Origin: Chitinophagales bacterium
GTDB lineage: Bacteria; Bacteroidota; Bacteroidia; Chitinophagales; UBA2359
Direction of reading: 5' to 3'
Assembly: GCA_020630635.1 (NCBI GenBank)
Contig: JAHDBB010000001.1
Span: 1-56,964 of the forward strand
Length of the DNA stretch: 56,964 nt
Of this stretch, positions 31,760 to 41,891 are shown piece after piece. The notes beneath the pieces are model-generated. The model had not been told where the DNA came from, ran no database searches, and saw only the letters and a list, made by a program, of their open reading frames with translations. The position numbers were made by a program, and so were the translations under genes. Each line of letters begins with the position of its first letter. Position 1 is the stretch's first letter.

Positions 31760-32833
31760 TCAAGCGTTGGAAAATTCAGTTCCATCATCATTGTCGCCAG
31801 AGAACCAATTAGCAACATCGGAACTATCAGGAGCGGGTGGCAAACATTGTAACACGTCGTTCTCTAGTTCTTTTATTCTTTCTTCTTTGTCTTTGAGCCT
31901 TGCCTCTAGGTGTTTCTTTTCTTTTTCTAATTGTTGACAGGTGTTGCTGGACGCTAACATTTTGCCTGTTAGATTGTTTTTTTCGGCTCTATATTCGCCT
32001 ACCATTAGTTTGTAATCATCCCTTTGACTCTCTGTTAGCTTTAATATGCCTTTTAGATTGTCAATTGTTGCTGCTTGTGCCTTTGTATTAGATAGTGTTT
32101 CCTCTGTCTCCTCTACTAAGGTCTTTATTCTTTCCTCCAAATGCCTCTTTTCGTCTTTCAATGTCCCTACTTCTGCTTTGTATTTGTTGCTTATTTGCTC
32201 CAGTTGCTTATAGTCTTTGCCTATTTTCTTGAAATTGTTTTCTAGGGTTCTGTAATCCTCTTGGAGCTGCTTTATTTGATTAATTCCATCAGTTGCCAAT
32301 GTCATTCCTTCTTTTTTGAGCATAGCAATAATATTACCTTGCTCTTCTACTTTTTTAGTCAATGTATCACCGCTTAAAATATGGTCTCTTATTTGATCTT
32401 TGTATCTTTTGATCGTGCCTTCTCGTAATTCAATTCCAGCCTTTGCCTCTGCGGTTACTCTGTCAAGTTCTTCTTTGTTGAACTCGTTCTGTTTTTTTAC
32501 TTTTTGGAGTTCTTCCTTTAACGCATTTAATTCAAGTAGATATTTGTCTCTTTCTATTGTTGCGTTATTGTATTCCTTTTCAAGCTGTTCTACTTTCAAG
32601 ATTTCCTTTATTTTGTAATCTTCTCTTGTAAAGAATTTCAAAAAAATATCTAATCCTTCCTGTGCTTTTTCTGTACTTCCCATGCCCGTTAGACGCTCAA
32701 ATAGGTTGATTATTGGCATATCTAATGAATCAAGAAAGTCACTAGCTAAGTCGTAAAAGTCATCAATTTGACGATCTAAATAATCGGCTGCTTGCTTTGC
32801 TTCTTCGGTTGAAATATCAAAGGTAAATTTCAT
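31760..32833 (-). CDS. Coiled-coil protein (357 aa), copy 2
   Basis: Identical translation to 3368-4441. Confidence 0.7.
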   Translation of the reverse strand: MKFTFDISTEEAKQAADYLDRQIDDFYDLASDFLDSLDMPIINLFERLTGMGSTEKAQEGLDIFLKFFTREDYKIKEILKVEQLEKEYNNATIERDKYLLELNALKEELQKVKKQNEFNKEELDRVTAEAKAGIELREGTIKRYKDQIRDHILSGDTLTKKVEEQGNIIAMLKKEGMTLATDGINQIKQLQEDYRTLENNFKKIGKDYKQLEQISNKYKAEVGTLKDEKRHLEERIKTLVEETEETLSNTKAQAATIDNLKGILKLTESQRDDYKLMVGEYRAEKNNLTGKMLASSNTCQQLEKEKKHLEARLKDKEERIKELENDVLQCLPPAPDSSDVANWFSGDNDDGTEFSNA

Positions 32834-32896
32834 TTTTGTTTTAATTTTTAATTTTTAAAATTAATGTGTAGAAGGACAGAGATTTATTTAAATAAC

Positions 32897-33100
32897 TTAA
32901 TCTCTGTTTTTTAATAATATACTCAAGTTGAGATTATGTCTTTGTAGGTTTTTATTTTGCTTTTTAAGTTCCAATATCTCCTCCTGTAGCTCAAGTCTGT
33001 CCAGCTTCTCTTTTACCCATAGTTTTCTATATTCCTCTGTCTCAGATTCAGCCTCTTGCAACTCTGTCTTCAAAAAAGCAATTGTGTCCTGTGGATTCAT
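32897..33100 (-). CDS. Small coiled-coil protein, copy 2
   Basis: Identical translation to 4505-4708. Confidence 0.5.
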   Translation of the reverse strand: MNPQDTIAFLKTELQEAESETEEYRKLWVKEKLDRLELQEEILELKKQNKNLQRHNLNLSILLKNRD

Positions 33101-33142
33101 TTTTTACAATGTATTGCAGGTTAAATAATTTTAATACATCCT

Positions 33143-33181
33143 TTAAAAACCCTTGTCCGCCCAAGTACGGACAAGGGTTTT
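33143..33181 (-). terminator. Rho-independent terminator, copy 2
   Basis: Identical to 4751-4789. Confidence 0.75.
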
Positions 33182-34169
33182 ACGGGGTAGGGCAGGGCTG
33201 TTGATAAAGTTCGTCACGTACAAATTCTGCGAATAAATACATGGTGCCTTGCTCCTCTTTTAGTAAGTTCAAATCAATTAAATTTGACTTGGAAAGCTTC
33301 TTTTTTAGGAAGGTCATTCTTCCTAATTTCCTACGTAGGGAATCAGGTTTTAATCCTAATTCTTTTGCTACGTCATTGTATGGTATCCAATTTCTATCAA
33401 TTCCAGTTAGTACTTCTTTAGTCTTGGTATTAGTATCTAATTCTATCTTGATAGTTTCCTCTGGTTGTTTCTTTCTTTGCCTTTTTAGTTTTCTAAATTG
33501 ATAGGAGTCTAATTCAATCCCATCAACTTTTTTTAAGGCTTCCTCTAAGCGTGTGTCATTGTAATAGATCGGTTGGAATGTTGGGGCAGTTTGTGCTGTA
33601 TTCGCAAAATGTCTGCAACACAATTCAAGGTCGTGGCGTGTGCGTACTTGTTTTGCGTTCCAAAAATCCGTTCTCAACATTTCAATCATTTCTGTGATGC
33701 TGTTGGTTTTGCCTGCTCCAATGACTCCAGCAACGAATAAAAATCCGTGTGGTGTCATTATTTCGGGCAATTCCTTGTTTTCGCCAATCTTAATCCTTGT
33801 AATGGACTTTTCGTAATGCTCACATACCAAAAGCCTTTTTCCGTTTTTTTCCACTATTACTTTCATTCCTCTTGTCTCATTTGGTTTGTTTCTTGACAAT
33901 TGGAGTTTTGATCTATTGCCCAACAGCTCGAAGCTCCAAAGCCAATCTAAGTACCTGGTAATATAGTATTGTACAGAACTTAGTTTGTATAAGAGATAGG
34001 AGACTATTGGGAGAATGATAAATGACACCAATGCTATTGTTAATGTGGCTCCCAAAATCACTGTAGAAAGATAGGTGACAGGTGTGTATTGATCGTGTGT
34101 TTCTGCAATGATGATTAAGGAGATGACATTGATGGCTAGTATAATGTGGATGGTCTTGAATGATCTCAT
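33180..34169 (-). CDS. Membrane-anchored P-loop protein, copy 2
   Basis: Identical translation to 4788-5777. Confidence 0.6.
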   Translation of the reverse strand: MRSFKTIHIILAINVISLIIIAETHDQYTPVTYLSTVILGATLTIALVSFIILPIVSYLLYKLSSVQYYITRYLDWLWSFELLGNRSKLQLSRNKPNETRGMKVIVEKNGKRLLVCEHYEKSITRIKIGENKELPEIMTPHGFLFVAGVIGAGKTNSITEMIEMLRTDFWNAKQVRTRHDLELCCRHFANTAQTAPTFQPIYYNDTRLEEALKKVDGIELDSYQFRKLKRQRKKQPEETIKIELDTNTKTKEVLTGIDRNWIPYNDVAKELGLKPDSLRRKLGRMTFLKKKLSKSNLIDLNLLKEEQGTMYLFAEFVRDELYQQPCPTP

Positions 34170-34173
34170 AAGC

Positions 34174-34530
34174 CTATATTGAAAGGAGCATTAGCAGCCC
34201 TATTATATTACAGGCTATGCTGGCTAAAAGACTTATGATGAGTACCTTAATCAACCAAAGTGGTGTATTAGGATGATGATTGTGGTTGATAATGGTGTTG
34301 TGGCTGTTCTTATTGCTGGTATTGGATGGGGGAGGTATGCCGTATAGTGGTTGACCTTGTGTTCCTCTAATAATTGGATAATTAGCCTCTAAATGGCTTT
34401 TTAATTGTCTTTTAGTGATAAACTTTTTGCCTGGTAAATTTACCTGCTCAATTGGTAAATAAACCAATTCTGGAATGAGGTTCATAATGCGTTGATTTGT
34501 GTTTTTTAGAGAAAAGAAATCCGTAGGCAC
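34174..34530 (-). CDS. Small tail-anchored membrane protein, copy 2
   Basis: Identical translation to 5782-6138. Confidence 0.5.
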   Translation of the reverse strand: MPTDFFSLKNTNQRIMNLIPELVYLPIEQVNLPGKKFITKRQLKSHLEANYPIIRGTQGQPLYGIPPPSNTSNKNSHNTIINHNHHPNTPLWLIKVLIISLLASIACNIIGLLMLLSI

Positions 34531-34754
34531 TCACTACGGATTCATACAAGAGGAGTAAACAGTATGCAAATGAAATAATGTTGAGTGCAGCTCAAAAATA
34601 AACTATTGTAATTTTAATTGCAAGTTTATTTATAATTTTATTTACAATCTTATAAAATATTTATAGAAAATTCCGGCTATTTTTATTTCTACAGTTATTT
34701 TTTACTAATTTTAGAGCGACAAAACAAACACAGAATATTTTTGCGGAATTGGTA

Positions 34755-34857
34755 TATCTTTGTGCCAAATCTGTAAATTTATTAACATGGAAGTCGTTTC
34801 TCACTTTGTCCAGTCTGTGTCTGGGTGTCGCATCGTGGGGGCGGCTTTCTCCATTTT
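34755..34857 (+). promoter_or_regulatory. Promoter box plus conserved leader A, copy 2
   Basis: Identical to 6363-6465. Confidence 0.6.
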
Positions 34858-34861
34858 ATGA
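34787..34861 (+). CDS. Possible 24-codon uORF, copy 2
   Basis: Identical to 6395-6469. Confidence 0.25.
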   Translation: MEVVSHFVQSVSGCRIVGAAFSIL

Positions 34862-35193
34862 GTACCATGTTGAAACAAAATGATTTAAAAGCGAATGACA
34901 CTAGCTTAGTAGTAACTTACAATGAAGGCAAAGGGAAAGACAGTTACTTGATTGAACGATTAGCACCTTTGAGCTATGATCAATTAAAGAAAGACTTTGA
35001 AACCAACACTTTCCTATTGTTTGAGACTATGGACGCAAAGACATTATCAAATGCATTGCTCCAAAAGGATGCACTAGAAGCCATTGTGAGGGGTGGCATT
35101 GATGAAGAATTAATACATGAGTTGGTACGGCTGCAATTGCTGTTCGATATGCTGCGAACTTCTGAACAGTCAGCAGAATTATTGAGGGAATAG
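34858..35193 (+). CDS. Helical ~111-aa paralog A, copy 2
   Basis: Identical translation to 6466-6801. Confidence 0.7.
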   Translation: MSTMLKQNDLKANDTSLVVTYNEGKGKDSYLIERLAPLSYDQLKKDFETNTFLLFETMDAKTLSNALLQKDALEAIVRGGIDEELIHELVRLQLLFDMLRTSEQSAELLRE

Positions 35194-35216
35194 ATTTATT
35201 GGCTTAAAATGAGAAA

Positions 35217-35251
35217 AGGCATCTGGGGGTTTTCCTAGATGCCTTTTTTTT
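35217..35251 (+). terminator. Rho-independent terminator, copy 2
   Basis: Identical to 6825-6859. Confidence 0.75.
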
Positions 35252-35392
35252 GTTTTATGTATCTTTTATTTTTATTATTTGATACTCAGTTTTTTTTTGG
35301 TTTTTATTTTATTGTTGATTTTCAATGTTTTACATTTTTTCTCCTGGTGAGCTGGTCCGTTCCATTATTTTTTTTTACTAAGCGTAAGGAAT

Positions 35393-35974
35393 TTAAATCA
35401 ATTTCCATCCATCATTAAATTGCTGCAAAGAAATACCATTATTTTTCCCATTTTCCATTTCAGAAATAGCTATTCCTATCCTGGATAAATTAGCATAATT
35501 GAAATCAAAAAAATCATTCCTTCCAATACCTGTTTTCCTAGACACATAATTAATATAGGCTTCCTGATCCGTAGCAGACCAACGTTTAATCAATCCGTTT
35601 AAGTTTTTCAGGTTGTGCTTGTAATAATAGGTGTTCAATGTTTTTATCATTGCCCTAGTGCCATAAGCGAGGCAAATAAATTGCTCAAAGGTGCCATCAG
35701 TATTATTACTTTCAGGAACTTTGCCCAGCCAATCATTGGCCGCTTCTATCTTAATATTTCCAACATTGTTATTTCTCCAGCCACGTTTTAAGCCAAATCG
35801 ACCTAAGTAAGATTCACAAGCAGTTTCTGTTGATTCTGGAAGGTTGGGTATGATTGGGGGTAGGGTAGGGTTAAGGGGTTTTGACCTCCTTTTGTTCTCG
35901 ATCAGGAAGAGAAAAAGAAGCGAAATGGACAACAAAAAGTAAACATAAATATAATTGAATTTCATTGCTACCAA
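35393..35974 (-). CDS. Membrane-anchored possible cell-wall-acting protein, copy 2
   Basis: Identical translation to 7001-7582. Confidence 0.6.
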   Translation of the reverse strand: MVAMKFNYIYVYFLLSISLLFLFLIENKRRSKPLNPTLPPIIPNLPESTETACESYLGRFGLKRGWRNNNVGNIKIEAANDWLGKVPESNNTDGTFEQFICLAYGTRAMIKTLNTYYYKHNLKNLNGLIKRWSATDQEAYINYVSRKTGIGRNDFFDFNYANLSRIGIAISEMENGKNNGISLQQFNDGWKLI

Positions 35975-36561
35975 CGTCTTACTGGACCAATATCATAATG
36001 GATAAAGGTATTATACTTGCTCAATCCACCGTCTTTGATTTTTCCGCTTTTAATTAATCTGTTTATCGTAGCCCACAAATCATCTAGGCTCAATCCCTTC
36101 GCTTTTATATCGGCCGCTTGTCCGCACATGTGGCGGCTTTGCTTGGCACCTCCTGCATTTTCATTGTGCATAGGGGTACGATAACCAGAATTAACGATTA
36201 TAGGAACGCCTATTGTATCCCGTATAATCTGTAACTCATTCATTAGTTGCTGTATATTGCCACGAATAGAGGTAGGTGGTGCAGTTCCCTTAGAATTAAA
36301 TTCTGATAGCTTGAAATTCTTTGTAAATGCATCTGGTGCGTAGTTCAATGGACAGAAATCAGGAACATTGTCACTTCCTATTGGTGTAGGACTTGGAGTA
36401 GGGTTAGGAATCGGTGGTGTACTTGGATCAGGTGTATCTGTCTCATTATACTCATTTTCCTGGTTAATTACTTGACTATTTTTAAGCAATACCAATACAG
36501 CCAAGAGAATCAAGGACAGGAAAAAGGTGGTCAATATAATAATAATGTCGGAGCTTTTCAT
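35968..36561 (-). CDS. Membrane-anchored M15-type zinc peptidase, copy 2
   Basis: Identical translation to 7576-8169. Confidence 0.75.
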   Translation of the reverse strand: MKSSDIIIILTTFFLSLILLAVLVLLKNSQVINQENEYNETDTPDPSTPPIPNPTPSPTPIGSDNVPDFCPLNYAPDAFTKNFKLSEFNSKGTAPPTSIRGNIQQLMNELQIIRDTIGVPIIVNSGYRTPMHNENAGGAKQSRHMCGQAADIKAKGLSLDDLWATINRLIKSGKIKDGGLSKYNTFIHYDIGPVRRW

Positions 36562-37229
36562 ATCATCACATTTCGACTCTGAAATACATCATAATATACG
36601 ACTGTAGAATTATAGCCAATCCCTCCAGCAATCACTTCGCCACGTAACTGCATTTCTTTTACCACTTGGTATAATTCAAGTGGCGTAATAGTGTCACTAT
36701 AGAAGGTACAAGCTCCACCACATGTATGATTCCTTTCGCCTCCCTCCAGCTCGTAATTTTCATAACTCAAATAGCCTGTTTCGATCCTTAAAGGCAAAGT
36801 GTAAACTGGCCCTGGAAAAGCTTGATTTACACCTGTTCTAATCTTCTGCATTTGAGCCATTAATAAATTGAGATTGCCACGCAATGCCTTTGGTGGCAGC
36901 TTGCCAGACATATCCTTAAATTCAGAAGACTTAAAATTTTTCTGATTCTGGAATGAGTTGGCATGACTAGGCGTACACCAAGTAGGTACCAGATTGTCAA
37001 TATTAGCTGGAGGAGCTGGTGGCGTTGCTGGTGGCGTTGGTGTTTGTCCAGGTGTATTATTGGGTGTAGGTAGATCAGGAGTTTCTGGAACGCCTGGCGT
37101 ATTGCTGCCCAAAAGAAATTCTTTGAAGGTCTTACCACTAAATAACCAAGCCGTAGCAATGCCGATAAAGGCAAGAGCTAGGAATGATGTAAATATAATT
37201 GCTACTGAACTACTATTGTTATTGGTCAT
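36558..37229 (-). CDS. Degenerate M15-like paralog, copy 2
   Basis: Identical translation to 8166-8837. Confidence 0.65.
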   Translation of the reverse strand: MTNNNSSSVAIIFTSFLALAFIGIATAWLFSGKTFKEFLLGSNTPGVPETPDLPTPNNTPGQTPTPPATPPAPPANIDNLVPTWCTPSHANSFQNQKNFKSSEFKDMSGKLPPKALRGNLNLLMAQMQKIRTGVNQAFPGPVYTLPLRIETGYLSYENYELEGGERNHTCGGACTFYSDTITPLELYQVVKEMQLRGEVIAGGIGYNSTVVYYDVFQSRNVMI

Positions 37230-37237
37230 GGCTTGTT

Positions 37238-37591
37238 TTATGGTGTGTAGTGATGCACGAACACAGCCCCATTTGTTGCATCTAGTTCGCTTATCTTACT
37301 GGTTACATAATACCTAGAACTGTCATTCCTGTTGTCTTGCCATGAATGCGAAAAGCCTTTAAGTAACCCTATGAACTGACTGCTGTCCTTGCTTTTCCAC
37401 ATAACAACCCCAGACAAGACAGTAAAACTATATTGCTGTACTCCTACAGGAATATCATACTTACTACCTTCGATAATAGTATCTATGATTGCTCCAGCGT
37501 CTTTTTGCTGTGGCTCCTTTGCACAAATTTCGATACAAGGAACCGTCTGTCCTTGATCATTACAGGTAAATCCAGGAGGTAAGTTATTCAT
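37238..37591 (-). CDS. Hypothetical protein (117 aa), copy 2
   Basis: Identical translation to 8846-9199. Confidence 0.6.
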   Translation of the reverse strand: MNNLPPGFTCNDQGQTVPCIEICAKEPQQKDAGAIIDTIIEGSKYDIPVGVQQYSFTVLSGVVMWKSKDSSQFIGLLKGFSHSWQDNRNDSSRYYVTSKISELDATNGAVFVHHYTP

Positions 37592-38492
37592 CTTGCATCA
37601 ACATTAATTGTATGATCTGGTTAGTGGCTTGGTTTAGGTTTTTTCCTGGCGTTTGTCCTACAGAAATTAAGAAGATATTTAGTTCCTCTAATGGAAAATT
37701 TTTCAATTCTTTTTTAGGCAAATCCAACCAAAAAAATACCTCATTAATTTTACGCTTATCATCAATCATTAACTGGTTGTGATAAGCGTAAAATTTTAGT
37801 ATTTCTTCTGATTCATTTTGTCTCAAAAATGCTCTATTAGTTAAGTTTCTACTAGTAGATAATTTTGAGTTATTACTAGTGTTGGTACATTTTTGAGCGT
37901 CATTTGAATCAGCTCCGTTATTCCCAAAAGTTGCATAGGGAAATAATGGAGCCGTTACCGTATTGGTGCTAGTGTAGAATGTGGTATAGGTGCCTGTTCC
38001 TGCTGTTGTCTCGATCTGGAACTCAATCTGATTACTAGTATTAATAAGCAATCTTAGCCTTTGCCCACTAGTTAGATTTACGCCACTAGTGTAAGGAGCC
38101 GCCCACGTATTTTCGTAAGCTCTTACACCTGTATTAGCGTAAGAATAAACGGCAAAGTCTGCATTATTCCAGCTAGTGGAACCAGTAGGATTGTAAGCTA
38201 ATCCCACTACTTGCCTAATCGCACTAACAGACCAACTAAAACTATCACCTGGATTAGCTAAGGCATTACTATTGTCGTAAGCTCCACTATTCCAATTGCC
38301 TGTATTATTGATCTTAGTAGCGTTGTTTCCACTAGTAGAAACGTTGGCATTGTTGGCAGTCCAAGCAATATTGATGCATTGCTCTTGCGGCTCCGTTGTT
38401 GGAATGCCGCAATAGAATGTTAATGATTGTGCCTGGAGATATTGGCAGCACAGAACACCTAATAATATTGATATGAGAAACTTAAATTTCAA
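37584..38492 (-). CDS. Secreted Asn/Thr/Ser-rich protein, copy 2
   Basis: Identical translation to 9192-10100. Confidence 0.65.
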   Translation of the reverse strand: MKFKFLISILLGVLCCQYLQAQSLTFYCGIPTTEPQEQCINIAWTANNANVSTSGNNATKINNTGNWNSGAYDNSNALANPGDSFSWSVSAIRQVVGLAYNPTGSTSWNNADFAVYSYANTGVRAYENTWAAPYTSGVNLTSGQRLRLLINTSNQIEFQIETTAGTGTYTTFYTSTNTVTAPLFPYATFGNNGADSNDAQKCTNTSNNSKLSTSRNLTNRAFLRQNESEEILKFYAYHNQLMIDDKRKINEVFFWLDLPKKELKNFPLEELNIFLISVGQTPGKNLNQATNQIIQLMLMQDE

Positions 38493-38501
38493 TACAAAAA
38501 G

Positions 38502-39041
38502 TTAATAGGTTGTAAATGTGATCAATGCACAGCCTTGCAATGCAAACACCTCCGTTGTTTGTGGCGTGTCGTAAAAGTGCCTATATCCATTTCTAGGATC
38601 TGCATTTGCAATGGTTGCAGTTACAGGTAGTTGGTGCTGTGGGCTACTAGGACTTTTCACTGACACCATACCCTTTATTGTAGTAATAGAATAAGACAAA
38701 ACATTAGCAGGAATTGTAAAATTTGCACCTTCTATTAAGTAGCTATGAAAGCCGCTTTGTATGGTGTCGGCTGGTGCTTCGTATGATGGACATGCGTACA
38801 GATTAACACCTTTGGGCAGTTCATCTGTAATATTTCCCGTACTAGTATCCTCATATAGTACTGTGCCTTCCCCTGTCTTAGGGTCGGTTTCGTAATGAAT
38901 GATGTAGACCACCCCTAGACTGTCACACTTGCAAGCGATCACCTCAGAATCATCTAAGGAAAAGTTACTGCCACTTTGGGCATTTGCCATACCAATTGAC
39001 AAGGCAAAAAAGGAAAAGATAAGAAATAAATACTTTTTCAT
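38502..39041 (-). CDS. Secreted protein (179 aa), copy 2
   Basis: Identical translation to 10110-10649. Confidence 0.65.
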   Translation of the reverse strand: MKKYLFLIFSFFALSIGMANAQSGSNFSLDDSEVIACKCDSLGVVYIIHYETDPKTGEGTVLYEDTSTGNITDELPKGVNLYACPSYEAPADTIQSGFHSYLIEGANFTIPANVLSYSITTIKGMVSVKSPSSPQHQLPVTATIANADPRNGYRHFYDTPQTTEVFALQGCALITFTTY

Positions 39042-39057
39042 ATTGTGTATAAATAGA

Positions 39058-39486
39058 TTATGGGATTAAAATTCTTTTATGATTGTGTGCATCTGCACGG
39101 AAATCTATACCGTGCTTTTTCAATTCATCAACTACATCTTGACTTAAAAGCACATCAGTATAAATATCATAGTCACTAACTTGCTTTCTACTTTTGAATC
39201 TCTGCCTAACATACCTTATATATCTAGGGGTACGCACATCAACATAAGAACCTGTAACCCTTGAACCACAAGCCCACACTTTAGAATTTTCATTAAACTG
39301 TTTAATAATAGCTTTAGCGAGCTGAAATCTTTCCTTTGTTTTTTTGGGGAACTTTGAAAAGGAATCAACTTTTCTAGTTTCCTTAATGACATTCCACACA
39401 TTCCTATAAGCTATCATTTCAGGAGACTCTTGCCATTTTTTTCTATCACTTAAATTGCGAATAAATAAAGCCCTAACGCCTAACAT
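39058..39486 (-). CDS. Basic 142-aa protein with a possible NTase-like motif, copy 2
   Basis: Identical translation to 10666-11094. Confidence 0.5.
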   Translation of the reverse strand: MLGVRALFIRNLSDRKKWQESPEMIAYRNVWNVIKETRKVDSFSKFPKKTKERFQLAKAIIKQFNENSKVWACGSRVTGSYVDVRTPRYIRYVRQRFKSRKQVSDYDIYTDVLLSQDVVDELKKHGIDFRADAHNHKRILIP

Positions 39487-41891
39487 ATGATTGAATTTAT
39501 ATTACTGACATGCCCGACGGTTACGGCACCTTCTTGACAGCCAGGAATGTAAACTGGTACACCCAAACGCACACGAATATTAACGCATTGACCAGGCGCA
39601 AGCGAACCCTCCCAAATATTAGTATTAGGGTCATAATTACCAATACTAGCGGTGTAGGTAGTTCCAGTAGGTATATATTGTGCGCCGTTAAGGATTAATA
39701 TTACATCGACTTGAAACTGTGTGATTATTTCTGTCGTATCATTGCATACTATACTTACCCACTCGTCTACAAAACAATCATCACCAGACATTGCATTATT
39801 AATACTCAAGCCACAATTACTGCCATTATTAGGGATACAGTATAATGTTTTGGTGTCTATTACTTGGCTGCTTCCATCTACTTCGGGAAAATAACTAGTG
39901 CCAAAAGCCCCACCTTCAACCCAATTAACCGCACCACTATTCACATTTCTATTTTCATAGTATAATAGATCCTCCCATTTATAGGTTGGTACAAGCTGAT
40001 TTACTCCATCAATAATCCTGTTACTGGAAACCACTATAGAGAACTCCCAACAAGCAGGCAACCAAAACCGAAAGGTTTGTTTTTCTTCAGTATTTCCTGT
40101 AGTAGATACAGGAACACCAGGAATAGCTGTTGCATAATCTAACATGTCAGTATTAGCAAGTATATGAGTCAGCACATCAGACATTGAAGAGACATAAGGA
40201 CTACCACCAATATTGATCAAGTTATGCACTAGGTACATAGGATTGGTTACTAACTCATTGCCATTTAGCACGAATGATGTAACAGCCATGTTATTGACTG
40301 TTAATTCACTAATTCTAGTACTATTTATGTCGATATAATTTTCAACTAGCTTGAAATTGCCATCACATGGAGCCTCTTCCTTGCATTTGTCAAGCCCGAA
40401 ATTCATTTCTACAGGATCACAACCATCGACCGTAACCGTAATTGTAGCATCACCATTACCTGAAACAGTAACTGTATTACTGTCTAATTCACCACTAACA
40501 AGCGTTAGACCTTCGCCCAAAGTCCATTGATAAGAATCAACCGTAAGCGTACTATTACTAATCACAACTGAAATAGTACAGCTACCATCACCATTATCAG
40601 TAACAGAAGAAATAATCATGTAATCACACTCATCCCAGCACAATTCCCCTTGCACCGTATCACAGCCACAATCAGCCTTGAAATAAGCGCAACCGCCTAA
40701 GCCTGCGTCAATCGCATTAGACCACAGCCAATTATTGGGAGCAGTCGGTACTGGTTGGAGCGTTAAATCATTGTTTCCGTCTGCATTAACTCCAGTTGCC
40801 CAACCAATATTGTTTAGACACCATAACTTTTCAGGTATTGCCGCCAAGTCAACCATTAAGATATAAGAATCTGTTCCAGCTCCGTAAGGCTGCCTAATAA
40901 TAGGCACCTCGAAAGTGCTAGGCTCACATGGCACACCGCAAGGTTCTACGGTATCATCACATGTTTCACATCTGTCTAACGGCACCTCGAAAAGAGGCAC
41001 GTCTAGCGTAAGTGTGCTGCCATCAGCAATACAAGTAACATCAATAGTACAATCAAGCACACCACAACCATCAATTGTGACCTTAATCGTGTTGCTATCA
41101 ATCAGTTCACTTGTAGTAACACCTATGGTTTCATCATCTTCACTTTCACAACTGAAATTCGCATCAACGAAATTGTGACTAGTACTATTAAGATTCAAGA
41201 GCCAATGGCCTCTAGTTCCACCGTCATACAATCCACTACTAGAAACCACATAACCTAGATAACTATCATCACAATCTAAGATGGTATAGTTTGCCGTGTC
41301 CAAGTACACTTGATATATGACTGTTCTGCCATCACTAGAAACGAATTTCACACGGAATGTAGGAGCTAGTTCAATTAGACTGCCTACACTCTGATTAATA
41401 ACTAGAGTATTACCAGTCCCAACAGTAGCCCATGCATCAGCAGGACTATTACTAACATACCAGGTACCACTACCAGCATAACCTGATCCACCATCAAGCG
41501 GAACAAAAGAGAATTCATGAACGCAAAATTGCTCTAGTGCATTACTCGTGTTCCCTCCTATTGCTGATTGTCCCATAAATATACCTAATGGTGCTGCTGT
41601 TTCACTTCCTTGCTCACCAGGCACCCATTCCCAAGAAAGGGCATTTTCTCCAGGAACACATTCACTAAGTACACATTCACCATCGACCAACTCATAACCA
41701 TCAGAACAACCTGTAGGGCCGCCAATAGGAACACAATCTTTGCCAACTTGCTCGAATCCAGGAGGACAGCAACTATCATCGGGAACACAATCTTTGCCAA
41801 CTTGCTCGAATCCAGGAGGACATTCGCAAGCGTTAACTTGATCACCTGTCCCATTATCATTATCTATTGGATTGTTGTTGTCGTCGTTCAT
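39480..41891 (-). CDS. Large Cys-rich protein (803 aa), copy 2
   Basis: Identical translation to 11088-13499. Confidence 0.75.
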   Translation of the reverse strand: MNDDNNNPIDNDNGTGDQVNACECPPGFEQVGKDCVPDDSCCPPGFEQVGKDCVPIGGPTGCSDGYELVDGECVLSECVPGENALSWEWVPGEQGSETAAPLGIFMGQSAIGGNTSNALEQFCVHEFSFVPLDGGSGYAGSGTWYVSNSPADAWATVGTGNTLVINQSVGSLIELAPTFRVKFVSSDGRTVIYQVYLDTANYTILDCDDSYLGYVVSSSGLYDGGTRGHWLLNLNSTSHNFVDANFSCESEDDETIGVTTSELIDSNTIKVTIDGCGVLDCTIDVTCIADGSTLTLDVPLFEVPLDRCETCDDTVEPCGVPCEPSTFEVPIIRQPYGAGTDSYILMVDLAAIPEKLWCLNNIGWATGVNADGNNDLTLQPVPTAPNNWLWSNAIDAGLGGCAYFKADCGCDTVQGELCWDECDYMIISSVTDNGDGSCTISVVISNSTLTVDSYQWTLGEGLTLVSGELDSNTVTVSGNGDATITVTVDGCDPVEMNFGLDKCKEEAPCDGNFKLVENYIDINSTRISELTVNNMAVTSFVLNGNELVTNPMYLVHNLINIGGSPYVSSMSDVLTHILANTDMLDYATAIPGVPVSTTGNTEEKQTFRFWLPACWEFSIVVSSNRIIDGVNQLVPTYKWEDLLYYENRNVNSGAVNWVEGGAFGTSYFPEVDGSSQVIDTKTLYCIPNNGSNCGLSINNAMSGDDCFVDEWVSIVCNDTTEIITQFQVDVILILNGAQYIPTGTTYTASIGNYDPNTNIWEGSLAPGQCVNIRVRLGVPVYIPGCQEGAVTVGHVSNINSIIC
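41728..41822. repeat. 41-nt direct repeat pair, copy 2
   Basis: Identical to 13336-13430. Confidence 0.9.
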